In this document: positions 38,615 through 51,100 of the stretch, piece by piece
Layout of the letters: each line of letters opens with the position of its first letter
Position numbering within the stretch: position 1 is the stretch's first letter
Source: Phoronis australis
Lineage: Eukaryota; Animalia; Phoronida
Assembly: GCA_002633005.1 (NCBI GenBank)
Contig: NMRA01000368.1
Span: forward strand, 304,920-368,919
Reading direction: 5' to 3'
Length of the DNA: 64,000 bases
Translations under genes and position numbers: made by a program
The notes under the pieces: model-generated
Seen by the model: only the letters and a program-made list of their open reading frames with translations
What the model was told of the DNA's origin: nothing
The model's database searches: none

Positions 38615-39282
38615 AGATATTGAATAATTTGCTGCGTTGCCTAGACTAACTTATTCTACAGTTCTTTTTATTACAGAGTATGAACTTAAGTTTTTAACCC
38701 TTTTTACAGTAGTTGAGGGTTAGAAACGCAGAATTCAACAAATTTCGTAACGAGTGCCTGTTTTATAATGAACCGTACCATTTCTCAATGATTAAGCACA
38801 ACTTCGTCTAAGTAATTCTGAAAGTGACTCAAGTTATTCCCAGTCATATCAAAGCAATTGCTTACTTAATAAAATAAATTTCTTTTCTACTGTTGACAGT
38901 TGAAAATAGTAATTTTTAAAATGGCCACTCGTAACGCTAAACTTAGTGAGATATTGAATAATTTGCTGCGTTGCCTAGACTAACTTATTCTACAGTTCTT
39001 TTTATTACAGAGTGTGAACTTAAGTTTTTAACCCTTTTTACAGTAGTTGAGGGTTAGAAACGCAGAATTCAACAAATTTCGTAACGAGTGCTTGTTTTAT
39101 AATGAACCCTACCATTTCTCAATGATTAAGCACAACTTCGTCCAAGTACTAATTCTGAAAGTGACTCAAGTTATTCCCAGTCATATCAAATTAATTGCTT
39201 ATTTAATAAAATAAATTTCTTTTCTACTGTTGACGAGTTGAAAATGGTAATTTTTAAAATGGCCACTCGTAACGCTAAACTT
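38615..39282. repeat. Near-perfect ~334-bp tandem duplication
   Basis: 38615-38945 matches 38949-39282 with a few SNPs and indels. Confidence 0.9.
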
Positions 39283-40267
39283 GAGGCATGAAATTCATAT
39301 AGACAACATGCATAAATTTCTCAAACATTGTCTGTTTTTGATGATTCATCTTTTTTTAATTTGCACAACTAAAAACTCTTTGCATATGAGATTCACTGGC
39401 ATTTGTTAAGTGACCAAAAATTTATTTTAGACCGTCAACTCTTGATCATTGTGATTTAGCCGACAGCCAAAAGCAACCCCCCTCCCCCGGCCCGGCTGCC
39501 GCCGAGGTGCGCGTACGACCATCCGTCCGCGGCGTACGCGGGCAGTGTGGCTCAGTTTGGATGATCACTTATAAGCTCAGCTGATTTTCCGTTGGAGTCA
39601 TTTGTATAAGATTCTGAATGCAGTCCGTACTATTCAAGACAAAACAGGCGAAATTGTGACATGTGCCCGTTGCCGGGCCTGTGTTATGGGTAAGTTAGGC
39701 CGCACCATGATCCCCGGCGGGCGGGGGGGCGGCCGGGTGGGAAGATTCAAGTTAGGGCGGCGCGCTTTCAGGCTACTCTTCTCCGTAGCAAACTTCTCGA
39801 ACAAGTTTAAAACAGTAGCCGACGATTAAAAATCCGCAATTTCTACAGTCACAAATGCACTATAGAACGTATCATTGACCACCGACAGAAAGGTTGTGGT
39901 GTGAGATTGTCACAACCTGACAGCGCTAACCAGAACTGAGCCGCGGATTCAGTCATGACGACGGTGGTTGATCCACTCTGTATTACAGCAACATCAGTTC
40001 ATGTGCAAAGTACATTTGCTTTTTAAGCTTAGCCTAAACCATGGAATCATCGGTTGATGCACGTATGTTTTCTTCTTCGCAAACCCCATTTCTTTTCGTG
40101 GCCTTTGATCAATCTTTCGCGCACCTGCTCATAGCGCCACCTGTTGATGACAGTTATTGTCAGGTGTGGTAAATATGATTTTCTGTTTCGCTGTGTAGGC
40201 ATTGTGTTCTGGATAATATTTGCTCATTAGAGGCCGATACTTATAAACAAGACGCTGTAGTTCAGCC

Positions 40268-43200
40268 ATGGGTAAGTTTATATCATATGTACATAGTTTA
40301 TTTGTACAGAGCTTATATCCTTGCTAAGTTAATGCCTGTGCCAGGTGTGTCAAATGTTGGCTAAGACGTAATAGACTTTGTCGTTATCAAAAGTGATTCA
40401 TCTGTCCGACTTATTTTTGATAGAATTAAAACATGTACGTGTTAGGTGTGATTTGAGACTGTCCGCCCTATGGCAAATGTTAGTATTTGTGTATCCGTTT
40501 TGATTAGTAATTCGAATTTAATGGATAGCATAGACACTTATAACCAAATTTCCTTTCTGGCTGGCCCAATTTCAAATGTAGGTCATCCAGTGTAATGCTT
40601 GTAAAGTGCGACCTAAACTTGACCCGGCGTCCTGGGGACATATAAGTTGACCTTCAAATTCAGATTTGTTTCATGTTTCTATGTATAGAACTTATTTTTA
40701 CAATGTTACTAAGATTCAGGTGGTTACAAAATTTGATTGGAACTGTGCCTGTGAGCATTTGTTCATATGTTTATTCACTTCCAGATTCAGGAATAAGAAC
40801 CATCAAATTTTACTATGACCCACTACTGATGAGCTGACGTAACTTAATAAATTAGGATAATTTGTTCATTTGTTCAGTTTGTTGTTTAATTAATTAATGT
40901 AAACATACACATTAAGGATTCAACATGGCAACACGAGACATCTGTCTTTCGTAAATTTTCTAATCTTATCATAAGATTTTTATGCCAATTTATGAAGTAC
41001 AATAAATTAATGCAATGTACCCCTTTAGGTTAACGTCCATGGCATTATGCCAATATCAAAATTTACACTTTCAAACACCCATGCTGGCTTAGTGCTCACC
41101 CCCAATGTAATTGATAGCCTTACAAGTGCAATTAAGTGGCTCTAACACGTACAATTTAACTCCCACTAAAACATATTCACATTACGTAATAGCTCAATAT
41201 TATTTTTTGGTGTAAATGATCAGTCTGGGGGAGGCATTTGGCTGAGCATGTTCAGGTAAACACTTCTATTCCCGATTTTTCAAAAATTATGCTTTTATAA
41301 ACATTAATGCTCAGCGTAATGCAATGATATTTTACTTCCCATCTAGTATATTAGCATGTCGCCCTTTTTATTTGAACTTGGTTCCAAGTGTGATTGAACC
41401 GTCAGTTCTTCCAATTTGCCCGAAAGTCATTAAATTTTCTAAGTAAGGAACAATTTTAGACCAATTAAAATTATTACAGAAAATGGTCTTAATCAAAATT
41501 TTTTTAATGGAAAGGCAGGTTTATTAACACTTTGATAATAATTAAGTATACATTAATTTGTGTTGTATAGACCTCTACAGATCTCATATCTTTCTCTCCA
41601 ATTACATATTAAGTGTTATCGCTTTGATGGGTGGATATTATTTGTAACTGATGTTAGTAATATTGCAAAAAATAACAACGCAGTTGATCTGTGCTTGACG
41701 TTTCTGAGATGAAAATTCAAACGCATAGGTGGATCAAGGGGTCCGGACCCCTCTTTTTCCCTTGGTTTAGTGATATCAAATCTAGAATCTTCAAATTGTT
41801 GACTTGGATGCCGTCTTTTGAAAAATCCTTGATCCAACCCCCCCCCCTCCTTTAATAAATCCGTTTAACGAGGAGAGCAGCAATCACGCTGAACCCTGGA
41901 TTGGTTTGGGCTCAATGTGTGCACACGAGAATACGCACATGAGCAGGAGATACCTGTTGATTTAGAAGTAGATTGCAAAACCATGAGCCTCAAAGTTTTA
42001 ATTTTGTTACAGGGTGCGTAGAGTGTCTGGGACGAGTACCATTTGCATCGCTGATCGCGATGGTGTTGACTTGTGTTGGTGTTGGAGTATTCTGTGGTTC
42101 TTTGTACGAGGCCCTGAGGATTGTTCTCATCAACATATTCGAAGAGTTGTTTTGGTTTAGGATAGACTGGTATGTGATAAACTGAGATCCTGGTCTTGGA
42201 TACATTGTCCATTTGGACCCGTCAGTTTGCATGCCTGCAGTTTTCAGATTTTGGACACCATGAATTCAAACCGTATGGTAGTTCTTTACTTTTTAACATA
42301 AAATACACCCAACAATTGAACTTTTATTTTTTTAAATTTCTCCACAAGTGATTAGGAACATTTTTGTCTATTACAATCATGATATATATGTAGTGTGTAG
42401 ATATCATTTTTGTCTATTACAATCATGATATATATGTAGTGTGTAAATATCATAAAATGACCTTTGCTAAAATTACCATTGTTTGCAAAAATGTATATCA
42501 GTCTTTGAAAAATGGAAAAATTACCACTATGGCAATTATGTGCAAATTAATGGAGAATTACGGTAGGTAAATATGTGACAACACGTTATTAATAATTTTT
42601 GAGATTCATTTACTTTTAATTATAGCGTGTTTGTAATACAAGTTCAATTAATTTTTTTTTCTGTTCTTATAAGTGCCCCAGTTAGACATCCGTTGATAAA
42701 ATAAGAAGTAACAATTATTAACTGATTCATAGTTGCATTTAGCAGCAGAGCCTAGTAAAATATTAGCATAATCAAGTCCATAGGTGGACACAGGTTGAAA
42801 AAATCGTCGACGTCATAAACAGTGGTAAAAGACAAGAAAATTTTCTTGAACAATTAAGTTTTGACTTACATAAATTGCCATGCCTTGTGAAATGCGAAGA
42901 TTTTGCAATCTCTGTGTGAGGAAGACTTGGTTTATATTTTTTATTTCTTGATTGGAAATTAAGTAGGATTTTAAAATCTTAGTTGCTACCATATCCAGGC
43001 ATTAGTATCTGTAATTTGAATCGTCGGGAGAAAATGTTCACAATCATGGTAAAAAACCACACCAATTTCAGACAGATAGTAAATAATTGCCCGAATTGTC
43101 CTATTGATCCAACGTTTTGCTTTATTCGCTAAACCATATTCTCAAGGCAAAATTTTCTCTTGTCAGGTTAACAGCTATCCAGATCACATTCATCGTGGTT

Positions 43201-46200
43201 GCAGTAGTCATGGGTTTGTTCTCAATCATTCTTCTTGTGTTTGGTTTTCTGGCAACGGGCGCCACTCGTGACAATGTCTACGCACGAACCAAGTGCATGA
43301 TGGGAGGGAAGTGTTCTGCCATTGTGGTGAGAAGTGACTTAGTCTACGCTATTATTCTCTTATTGCATCGATAATGAACAGATGTGTAACTTGCTATAAA
43401 GTCAACTGCACACAGCCTTCGACAGTATGAAAATCACATTTGCGACCAGGCCAAAATCTCAGGTGGCAATTTCAAAATTTAGCTGGCACACACCGATACC
43501 AGGCTGGTCAACCTCGACAACCAAAAGAAACACTGTTGGGTCAAGCTATATTTGGTGTTTGGGCACCCATATTTTCCCATTTCACCAGAAAAATGCTGTT
43601 TGGGTGATTTTGGGTTATGCGATTCAGCTCGCAAGTGTTAAAGGTTGTTATGCCCAAGTCGCACACCTGCAACTAATGCGAGTTGTCCAAAATCTCAGCT
43701 CCCATTTCTAAATTTCAGGTCGCAAATGTGGCCTGTAGTCCATAATGTTGAGCCCTGACACAGTTATTGTCTCTGTTATACAGTTATAGCACTGGTGAAT
43801 TTCATTAGTTTTAAGGTTAAAAGACTCTATCGACAGTTCTTTGTATTTGGCCAAATATCTACAAAAGTATAGATGTTAACTCAGTAAAGTATACGTTCTC
43901 TGAAAGTAGAAAACCTGTAGAGTTTGAATTTGGATTTTCCATCGATCTGCCATCAATTGAGTTACACGATGATGTGTTTTGATAAAATGAAGTGTAACGA
44001 ATGACATGAGCTTCCCCTCTTTACTTTGCAGTTCATGGGAATCTCTTATATTATGAATATTGGCTGGATGGGTGTATCTTGTGCTATGACCATTCCGGTG
44101 TTCCTGTACGTGTTTATGAAGGCCATCTGTGACATGGACCTCCGACAGAGGGTAGCCAACTACCAGGAAGACTATTGCTTCAATTTGACCAGAATTGGTG
44201 AGTTTTCAAGTGTTTGCTTATAGTGTACATAGTGATAGTCTGTTGGCCAATAGATGGTGTTGCTTAATATCTGGTTGTTTGTTTTCTCTGGTGGAAAATG
44301 ACTAAGTGCTGACGTGGCAATGAATAGATATATCAGAAACATTTAGTATTTTAAAAAGCACTGCAATTGATACTCTGTGTCTGCATCAGAAATTTTATTT
44401 GGATGAATTTCGGTGACTAATTTGTATTAATTCAATGATTATAAGTCACGATGTCAAAAGTCAAAATACAGTATGTTATGTTATGTAACACGATTTTTGG
44501 TTTTGTACATGTTATATAGTACCATGGGATGTTTTCAAGATCAACACTCATGTCTGTTATGTTGTTTCCTCTTTAAGGTATATTTCGGGACTACACAGAG
44601 AGCAAGGGCAGTCAAAATGCCCTGTGTACGTCAGGGGAGATAAGACAGTTATGTGACAATGTGAGTTTTTTAAGTCAGAGCAAGGAGCAAGAATATATAA
44701 TGTAAAATTAAGGGATGCCGTGACTTATCTATATTTTATTGCATTTTGTGGAATAATTATCAAAAAGTTTATGGTTCAGCAATTACATATTTTGAGTTAA
44801 TATTTATGCATTGTTACCCAAAATTGCGATTTAAAGTGTAGTTCTATTGGTTGCATTTCAGTTGCATGGTGGCCATTATTTTCTTGGGCAGTCAAGCCTC
44901 TTAGAAAACCCCGGTTCACCGAGAGTTTCCAAGTACTCATTCAGATGAGTCACTCAAAAACACTCACAATTATAGTAGGTTGTTTACTATAAAACGTGGT
45001 GGAGATTATCTGATGGGTCCTCTATGATGTTCTCGACATCATGGTTTCTTGTATCAATTCTCTTCCTGTTCTTCACACTCGTGAATGTGTTCACTCTCCT
45101 GGTTTTCTGCTGCAGGTTGACTTGACAGGGCCATACTTTGGTGCTGCGTTTGGTGGTGCCCTGTTAATAGTGCTAGGCCTGGTAAGTGACTCATCAGGTA
45201 TCTGTTGCTGTTTTGGCTTAGTTTTAGAAATAGTCTTATCTTGTGTGATACTTACGGTTTTGCTTTTGTTTATCACTGATGCTGAATTGTGTATTGCACT
45301 TCTTAAAAGGATACTAAATCCTGTTTTGGTGATTGCAACCAAGTCTCGCTTTGTCCCCTGCTGATGCACAACTTATGTGAAAAAAGCAGGATTATGCTAC
45401 GAAAACACAATACTCACTGTCTCACAGAATACACATTATGGTTCTCCATGGGTTGTCCTTCCCAATAGTTGTCATGTAACTCACCAAAGACTCGGTAAAG
45501 AGTTTTCAAAATTTGCTTCAAAGTGGGTTAGCGACGGTTAGAGGGGATTATTTTGATGTAGAGTACAGGAAAGGAAAATGGTTAATATATGTTAATAGGC
45601 CAAATACGGGACTGCCATAGTATCCTTTTAAAATTTTGATTGTCAAAATGCTGCTGTTATTTCTAAGCATGTAGAACATTTCTTAGTGTGCCATGAGTTG
45701 TTTATGTGTCTCAATTTATAGAAAGCCTTTTGTGAAAGTCTAGGATTCTTAAACTATATTTGCTTATTAACTTAAAATATAATTTGCTTATTATCCTACT
45801 TGGTGCATTACCTCCCCTTACCCTGATTAAATGCATGCGCAACATTCCTGGCATTATGTAAATGGTAAGCTTCATATAGTCCAGTTCACCTGTAAATCAG
45901 TTCAGTCTTGAACTTGTCAGCGTGTTTATAATGCAGTGAAATGGCTTGCAAAAGCAAGATAAAGGAAATTGAAGTAGTGCGCTCTTTCGGTAGATTTTGC
46001 ATGGGCCATAATTAATTAGTGTCAGGGGAGCATAGATTATGGTTAGGATAACCATCATTTCTGATTGTTTTGTTAAAAATAGTTCCAAGAAATTGTCTTT
46101 CTCCGTTGGTTCAATGTTTTACTGCGTTAGCTTTTTGAAGCTTTGTTTTTCACTCCGACCATTTCTCTACATCTTTTCCTACCTGATGCAATGTTGACTT

Positions 46201-48173
46201 GTGGAATGCTTTTGAGACTGCGCAGCGCAAAGCAATCTACTGGCATCCCTTTCTTAAATTTTGTAGTCCCATTTCATTGTCATCCTGGCCACTAACTATA
46301 CCAGAATCAAGACCACCAAAGAGCTAACAGAGTATAAACAAGCAGTCGATGAAGAACTTGAGATGGAGGCTTTTCGCATTGACAGAAATTTTTCTGATGC
46401 CTAGTAACCTGTGTCTGCTTTTGGTAGGCGGATTGTTTTGTAACTGAAAGAGATTTCACTAGGTCTTGATGGTGGGCAGTGCTTAAATTTGCGATTTCTT
46501 AAATTAAGTTTTGCAATAGAAAGAAGCCACAAATAATGCAAAATATATTAGATTATATGAAAATTGAGTGAAAGGGGTTGAATATAGAGAAGAAACTGGG
46601 ATGATCTTTTTTAGAAATTCTCATGTTTGCTATTCAGTAGTTTTTGCTTTGGTGTGTTTCCTTTCTTTGTGAAACGATTGTGGCATACACTTCCATGCAT
46701 GTCTTTGCTGCATGTGCTCCGTTAGGTTCTGTACTTGGTCTTCTGCATGCTTGGCACTGCATGTGGACTGCTGGCAGCTGTTGAAATATATGTTCTATGT
46801 GCTTGACCTGTAAGGTGCTTTTGATAAAGTGGACTGCTTTTCCAATCCAACTGCTGCTGACACTTTCCAGGTCTATACTCTCATTTTAGAGATGTTCTGT
46901 TCGCTATTGATGATTTGTCAATCCGTCTGTTCTAGTCCATGTTTGTTGTTATTCTGGTGGCTAATTACACACGCATAAAGATCTCCAAAGAGCTCACGGA
47001 GTATCGTGATGCCGTAAACCCCAGCCTGACGGAGCTGGATGAAGTGTTTACCCAACGTTCCTGAACTTGCCTTAATGGTATGATACTAATGGACGGAACT
47101 GGATGTTGTGCAGAGTTTGTACGGTGAATAGATTCTATCCGGTACATTAACCAAGGCCATTCTGTCATGCTACATATATTTGATATCTGTTGTTGTGACT
47201 GACCATGCTTATATCGAGCCCTGTCTCATGGAGAGTTTGCTGATTTATGAAAGTTGATACCCGTTCACTGAGATGCCATTTCGTTCATAATCTGACCAAG
47301 CCATTGTGCAGTTTTCTGTCTACATGCATTCAAACATGGGGCTGCTCCATATTGGAAATGTTCTGAGTTATGTTCGGAAATCTTGAGCTTTTTTGCTTTA
47401 CAAGACAAATAACGTCATTACTTGTACTTTTGATGCAAAACTGTTAGTGACGTACTCAGCAAGTGGTTATAATGTATAACCGTAGTAATCGTTTCTGTGG
47501 TTCAAAAAAGCAAGAATTAAGATGCAAAAGACACGACGCACAATTTGAATCATGTTTGGGTTTTTGCACAGTGTCACCAAGTCAGGCTACAATTGCTTCA
47601 CTCAAATGCATGTTATTTGTGGTTTCTTTGCAAAAATAATGTCTAAAAGTCATTCTAAATGCATTCAATGTTGCATCAAAGCTTTTAGTTGAAGATTTTC
47701 ACTTTTCCCGTGTCTGGTGAATTCTTTGTTATCGTAGGAAGTGTTATTGAATCATTATGATACGCTATTATGTAGACAAAAGGCTTGTTCTTCACAGATT
47801 TAATGCAGTGTTTTAGTTTGTAATGAGTGGTAGTACACCCCGTGTTGACCATTGTTAAATTTAACAGTTGCTTTTTCATGTGCAGTTTGTATTTCTAGTC
47901 AAAGAGTACCTCTAACTAATGAGAATTGATATCTTTATGGTATCTCTCCCGGGACTCATTGCACAACCATTGTGCTTGAATGTTTACATTCATTTGAAAC
48001 TGATGTTTATTTACTTTTGTCTCATTTTGTTTTAGACGCTGTTTGTCGTGATCTTAACAGCAAATTACACACGGATAAAAATATCAAAAGAGCTGACAGA
48101 ATATCGAGATGCCGTCAACTATGAAAGCACACAACTTGACCAGATTATCACCAACTCAAAGGCAGAGTTTTGA
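40268..48173 (+). CDS. M6: Neuronal membrane glycoprotein M6 / myelin proteolipid (PLP/DM20) family tetraspan protein; shared exons 1-6 plus one of three alternative last exons
   Basis: Shared exons: 40268-40271 (ATG G), 42013-42169, 43167-43326, 44032-44197, 44578-44660, 45116-45181. Hallmarks: MGCVECLGRVPFASLIA, GVGVFCG, GFLATGATR, GGKC, four Cys in the second extracellular loop (ICD...YCFNL..LC..LCD), and a final ANY motif. An exon 1 coding only Met plus one base matches vertebrate PLP1. Confidence 0.93.
46267..46404 (+). CDS. M6: M6 alternative last exon 7a (SHFIVILATNYTRIKTTKELTEYKQAVDEELEMEAFRIDRNFSDA*)
   Basis: Acceptor TTTTGTAG, phase 0 matching exon 6, intact ORF, homologous to 7b and 7c. 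Confidence 0.85.
   Translation, partial: SHFIVILATNYTRIKTTKELTEYKQAVDEELEMEAFRIDRNFSDA
46936..47064 (+). CDS. M6: M6 alternative last exon 7b (SMFVVILVANYTRIKISKELTEYRDAVNPSLTELDEVFTQRS*)
   Basis: Acceptor CTGTTCTAG, phase 0, intact ORF. Confidence 0.85.
   Translation, partial: SMFVVILVANYTRIKISKELTEYRDAVNPSLTELDEVFTQRS
48036..48173 (+). CDS. M6: M6 alternative last exon 7c (TLFVVILTANYTRIKISKELTEYRDAVNYESTQLDQIITNSKAEF*)
   Basis: Acceptor TTTTGTTTTAG, phase 0, intact ORF. AATAAA lies downstream at 49786. Confidence 0.85.
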   Translation, partial: TLFVVILTANYTRIKISKELTEYRDAVNYESTQLDQIITNSKAEF

Positions 48174-51100
48174 AATCATTTGAATTCCACCAACGTCATG
48201 TTGTAAAACAATGAATCATCAGTGTGTGTACTAGCAATGTAATAAGTCTACTTTTAACAGATATTTTGTATCGAGACATTCCATTTTGTACGTTTTATTT
48301 TTGAAATTATCGAGTATTAAAAAACGTCCTGTTAAGCCTCGTGTTATTTGTGGAGGCAATGTTTGTGTCATCTTTATATTCTTTCTTGCTTCTTTCTTGC
48401 TGGAAAACTTTGATGAAGTGCTCGTCAGGAGGGTTTGCCCTTTATATGCTGAAGTTCAATGTTACTAATCAAATTCTTCGTTTTACATGAAGCCCATCCA
48501 TTTAGGTGTTAAAACTGTGATTTAGTTCCTAGTGAATGTTAGGGTTAATGTTTGACAAGAAACTGTGGGTGTTTTGTTGCAGTGCATATCCTTTCGGGAT
48601 GGTTTTTCTGACTTCTGGCAAGGCAGTGCGCCTTTGCATTTCATCAGAAACTCTACAGAAGGAATTAACAAAGAATGACATAATGCCTCACTAAGCTGAT
48701 AGCTGCATTCTGTTTTAGGGATTTTAACAGTGAGATTGACATTTTGCTTTGTTGGAAAAACAACATTTTAAACATTTTGACTAGGCATTCAGGACAGGTG
48801 TATATTAATAATTTTTAATAGTCTTTGTATATAATGGGTAAATCTAATTTATGTTTTCATTTATCGACACAGTTTATGATTATATTTGCTTTTGTAGGTT
48901 TTGATCTTATACAGTCGATTGTTTCAATTTCTATTACTATACTGTCAGAATGACAAGATTATGGTTATACAGGTTCTGGAAAGTGTGTTTTGCACGTGGC
49001 AGTATTTTATAATGATTTGCACAAAAAGTTTTAAGCGGATTATTACAAGGTATTAAATGTCAGTTAACTAGACCTGTATTGTTGTGATAAAGAAAAGAGG
49101 TTTTAGGCACATAATTACATGGTATTTAATGAAAATTCACTGGAAGTATTAAAATGTATTAGTACCTTGATTATATGTTTTAATGGATTCATTACCCATG
49201 GTCACCCGTTGAGGATGTGAAATGTATAATATGACTTGACCTACTGTTGTTCCACTTATCTCAGAAAACACTTCTAGTCCTATCACATCTTGTTTTCTTG
49301 TGAAATGCATCTTTGTGTGAAACGCTTAGTCATCTTATTGCCAGTGTGACACAGTTGGTAACCAATTTTATTTTCCATTCAAATGAATTCTGAAAATTGT
49401 ATTTTATGTGCTGGATCCAGGATTTTGAGTAAGTTCACTGTATATTCATTTATTGGCACTTTCTTGTATAGCCTGCTCCTAGGAACAATCTCCAGCAAGC
49501 TGAGTGCGGGTTTACTGTTTTCTTGTGTTCCTACGTAAGCTAAATCTTGGTTGTAATTGAAGCTTACCCCCGTTACCACAATTTTCAATGCAGCTTGCTA
49601 GGAGTCCGACTCTGCAATGTAGGTCTGCTGCCTCAATGTATAGTTTAGCACTGGCTCCTAAGCATCTCTTGCTTGGAGTAATGTGTGGGGATACCCACTG
49701 TTATGACGTGAGAACTATCCTTGAAGACTTATTCAAATATTGTGTGATTATTTCTGTGTTGCTTTTAAAAGCTAATGTATGTTAGAATAAATAGTTATTG
49801 ATTTGCATACATTTTTATGCGCCCATAGGCATATGTGGCTGCATATTGCCGTAATCTCTGCATGTCTGTCTGGTGCGCCCCCTGCTGTATCTCCTAAAGG
49901 GCTTGCCGGATCTTTATGAAATTTTACAGGTGTGTTTCTGTGAAGCTGACGACTGCTGATGGTGGTTTTAGGACAAATCCAACCACTGGTGTCTGCCTCT
50001 CTTTCTAACCACAGTTCCTTGACGAATTTAGCAATGCTCCTACTCAAATGTTAGGAGGATTTAGGGGGTGGATGCAGGCCCCCTCCATCCTTGGGCGGCT
50101 GCAATAAAATAAAACGCCGAAAGTGTGAAGAAATATTGAGTTTATTAATTAACCCCATCGGAAACTAGATTTGGCATTTGTGGAGTTGTATATTGTGTGT
50201 GCGTGTAGGGGACTCGGAACCGATATCAACTCTCCAATTCAGACAACCGGCGCTATGGCTAAGTAATGCCGCTCTCGGTCTATATGTGTGTGATATCCCA
50301 GGCGACCGGCAGTGGTAGTCTCTGAACAGGAAAACGCCGTCATGGAAATGCGATTGTGCGCACAGTCAGTTGCTTGAAGTCACTTGAGGTCAAAGGTCAC
50401 ATTTTCCATGTAAGGGAAATCTGCTCAGTACGTCTATGTTTTGCCATACCAAATAAGGAGACGTGCTTTCGTGCTTTGCCTTGTGGGAGAAATATTGGCG
50501 AAGTGTAGAGCAGTTGACAGATCGTTTTTTTCGAAATTTGAAACTACAAGAAAATGTTTTGATATCAACAGCAATTAGAAATCTTTACCAACAAACCCTA
50601 GAAATACTTGAATTCTGTTTCACTTCCCATTTCGCGATTTAGTCTGTTTATCGCGTTCCAGGCCTCCTTTTAAGTCGGACATTTTTAAAATGTACAACTT
50701 AAAATTGTACTTTTCGGTGTCTTTACGTTAAAATGAAACAAACTTACAACAGCGGTCACCCAGAAAAAAACATAGGTGACAGTTTGAAGGGACTTGGAAA
50801 ATCCCCAAACTAAATAGTTTAATTTCACTATAGCTCCGGAAAACGAAACACAAGTCTCAGCGTTGTTCTGAATAGCCATAACATGAAGATTTTGTTACTG
50901 ACTCACCAGTGAGTGCTCCATATTATTTTAGCCTAATTCTAAAATCAAGTCAAAAACTGCTGAAAATTTTTCAAACACGGCAAATACTGAAACATTCACG
51001 AACGATTTGGGGCACTGGGTTCTTTTATCAGAAGACGAAACGTCCTACTGGATCCACAAAGGTCCTTGAAATTGCTAGGGTTTCTGGCGTCCGTCTCTCT

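Noticed and set aside
46726-46806. Possible fourth M6 terminal exon (VLYLVFCMLG...)
   Set aside because: It is hydrophobic but lacks the NYTRIK/KELTEY homology, and the acceptor is weak.
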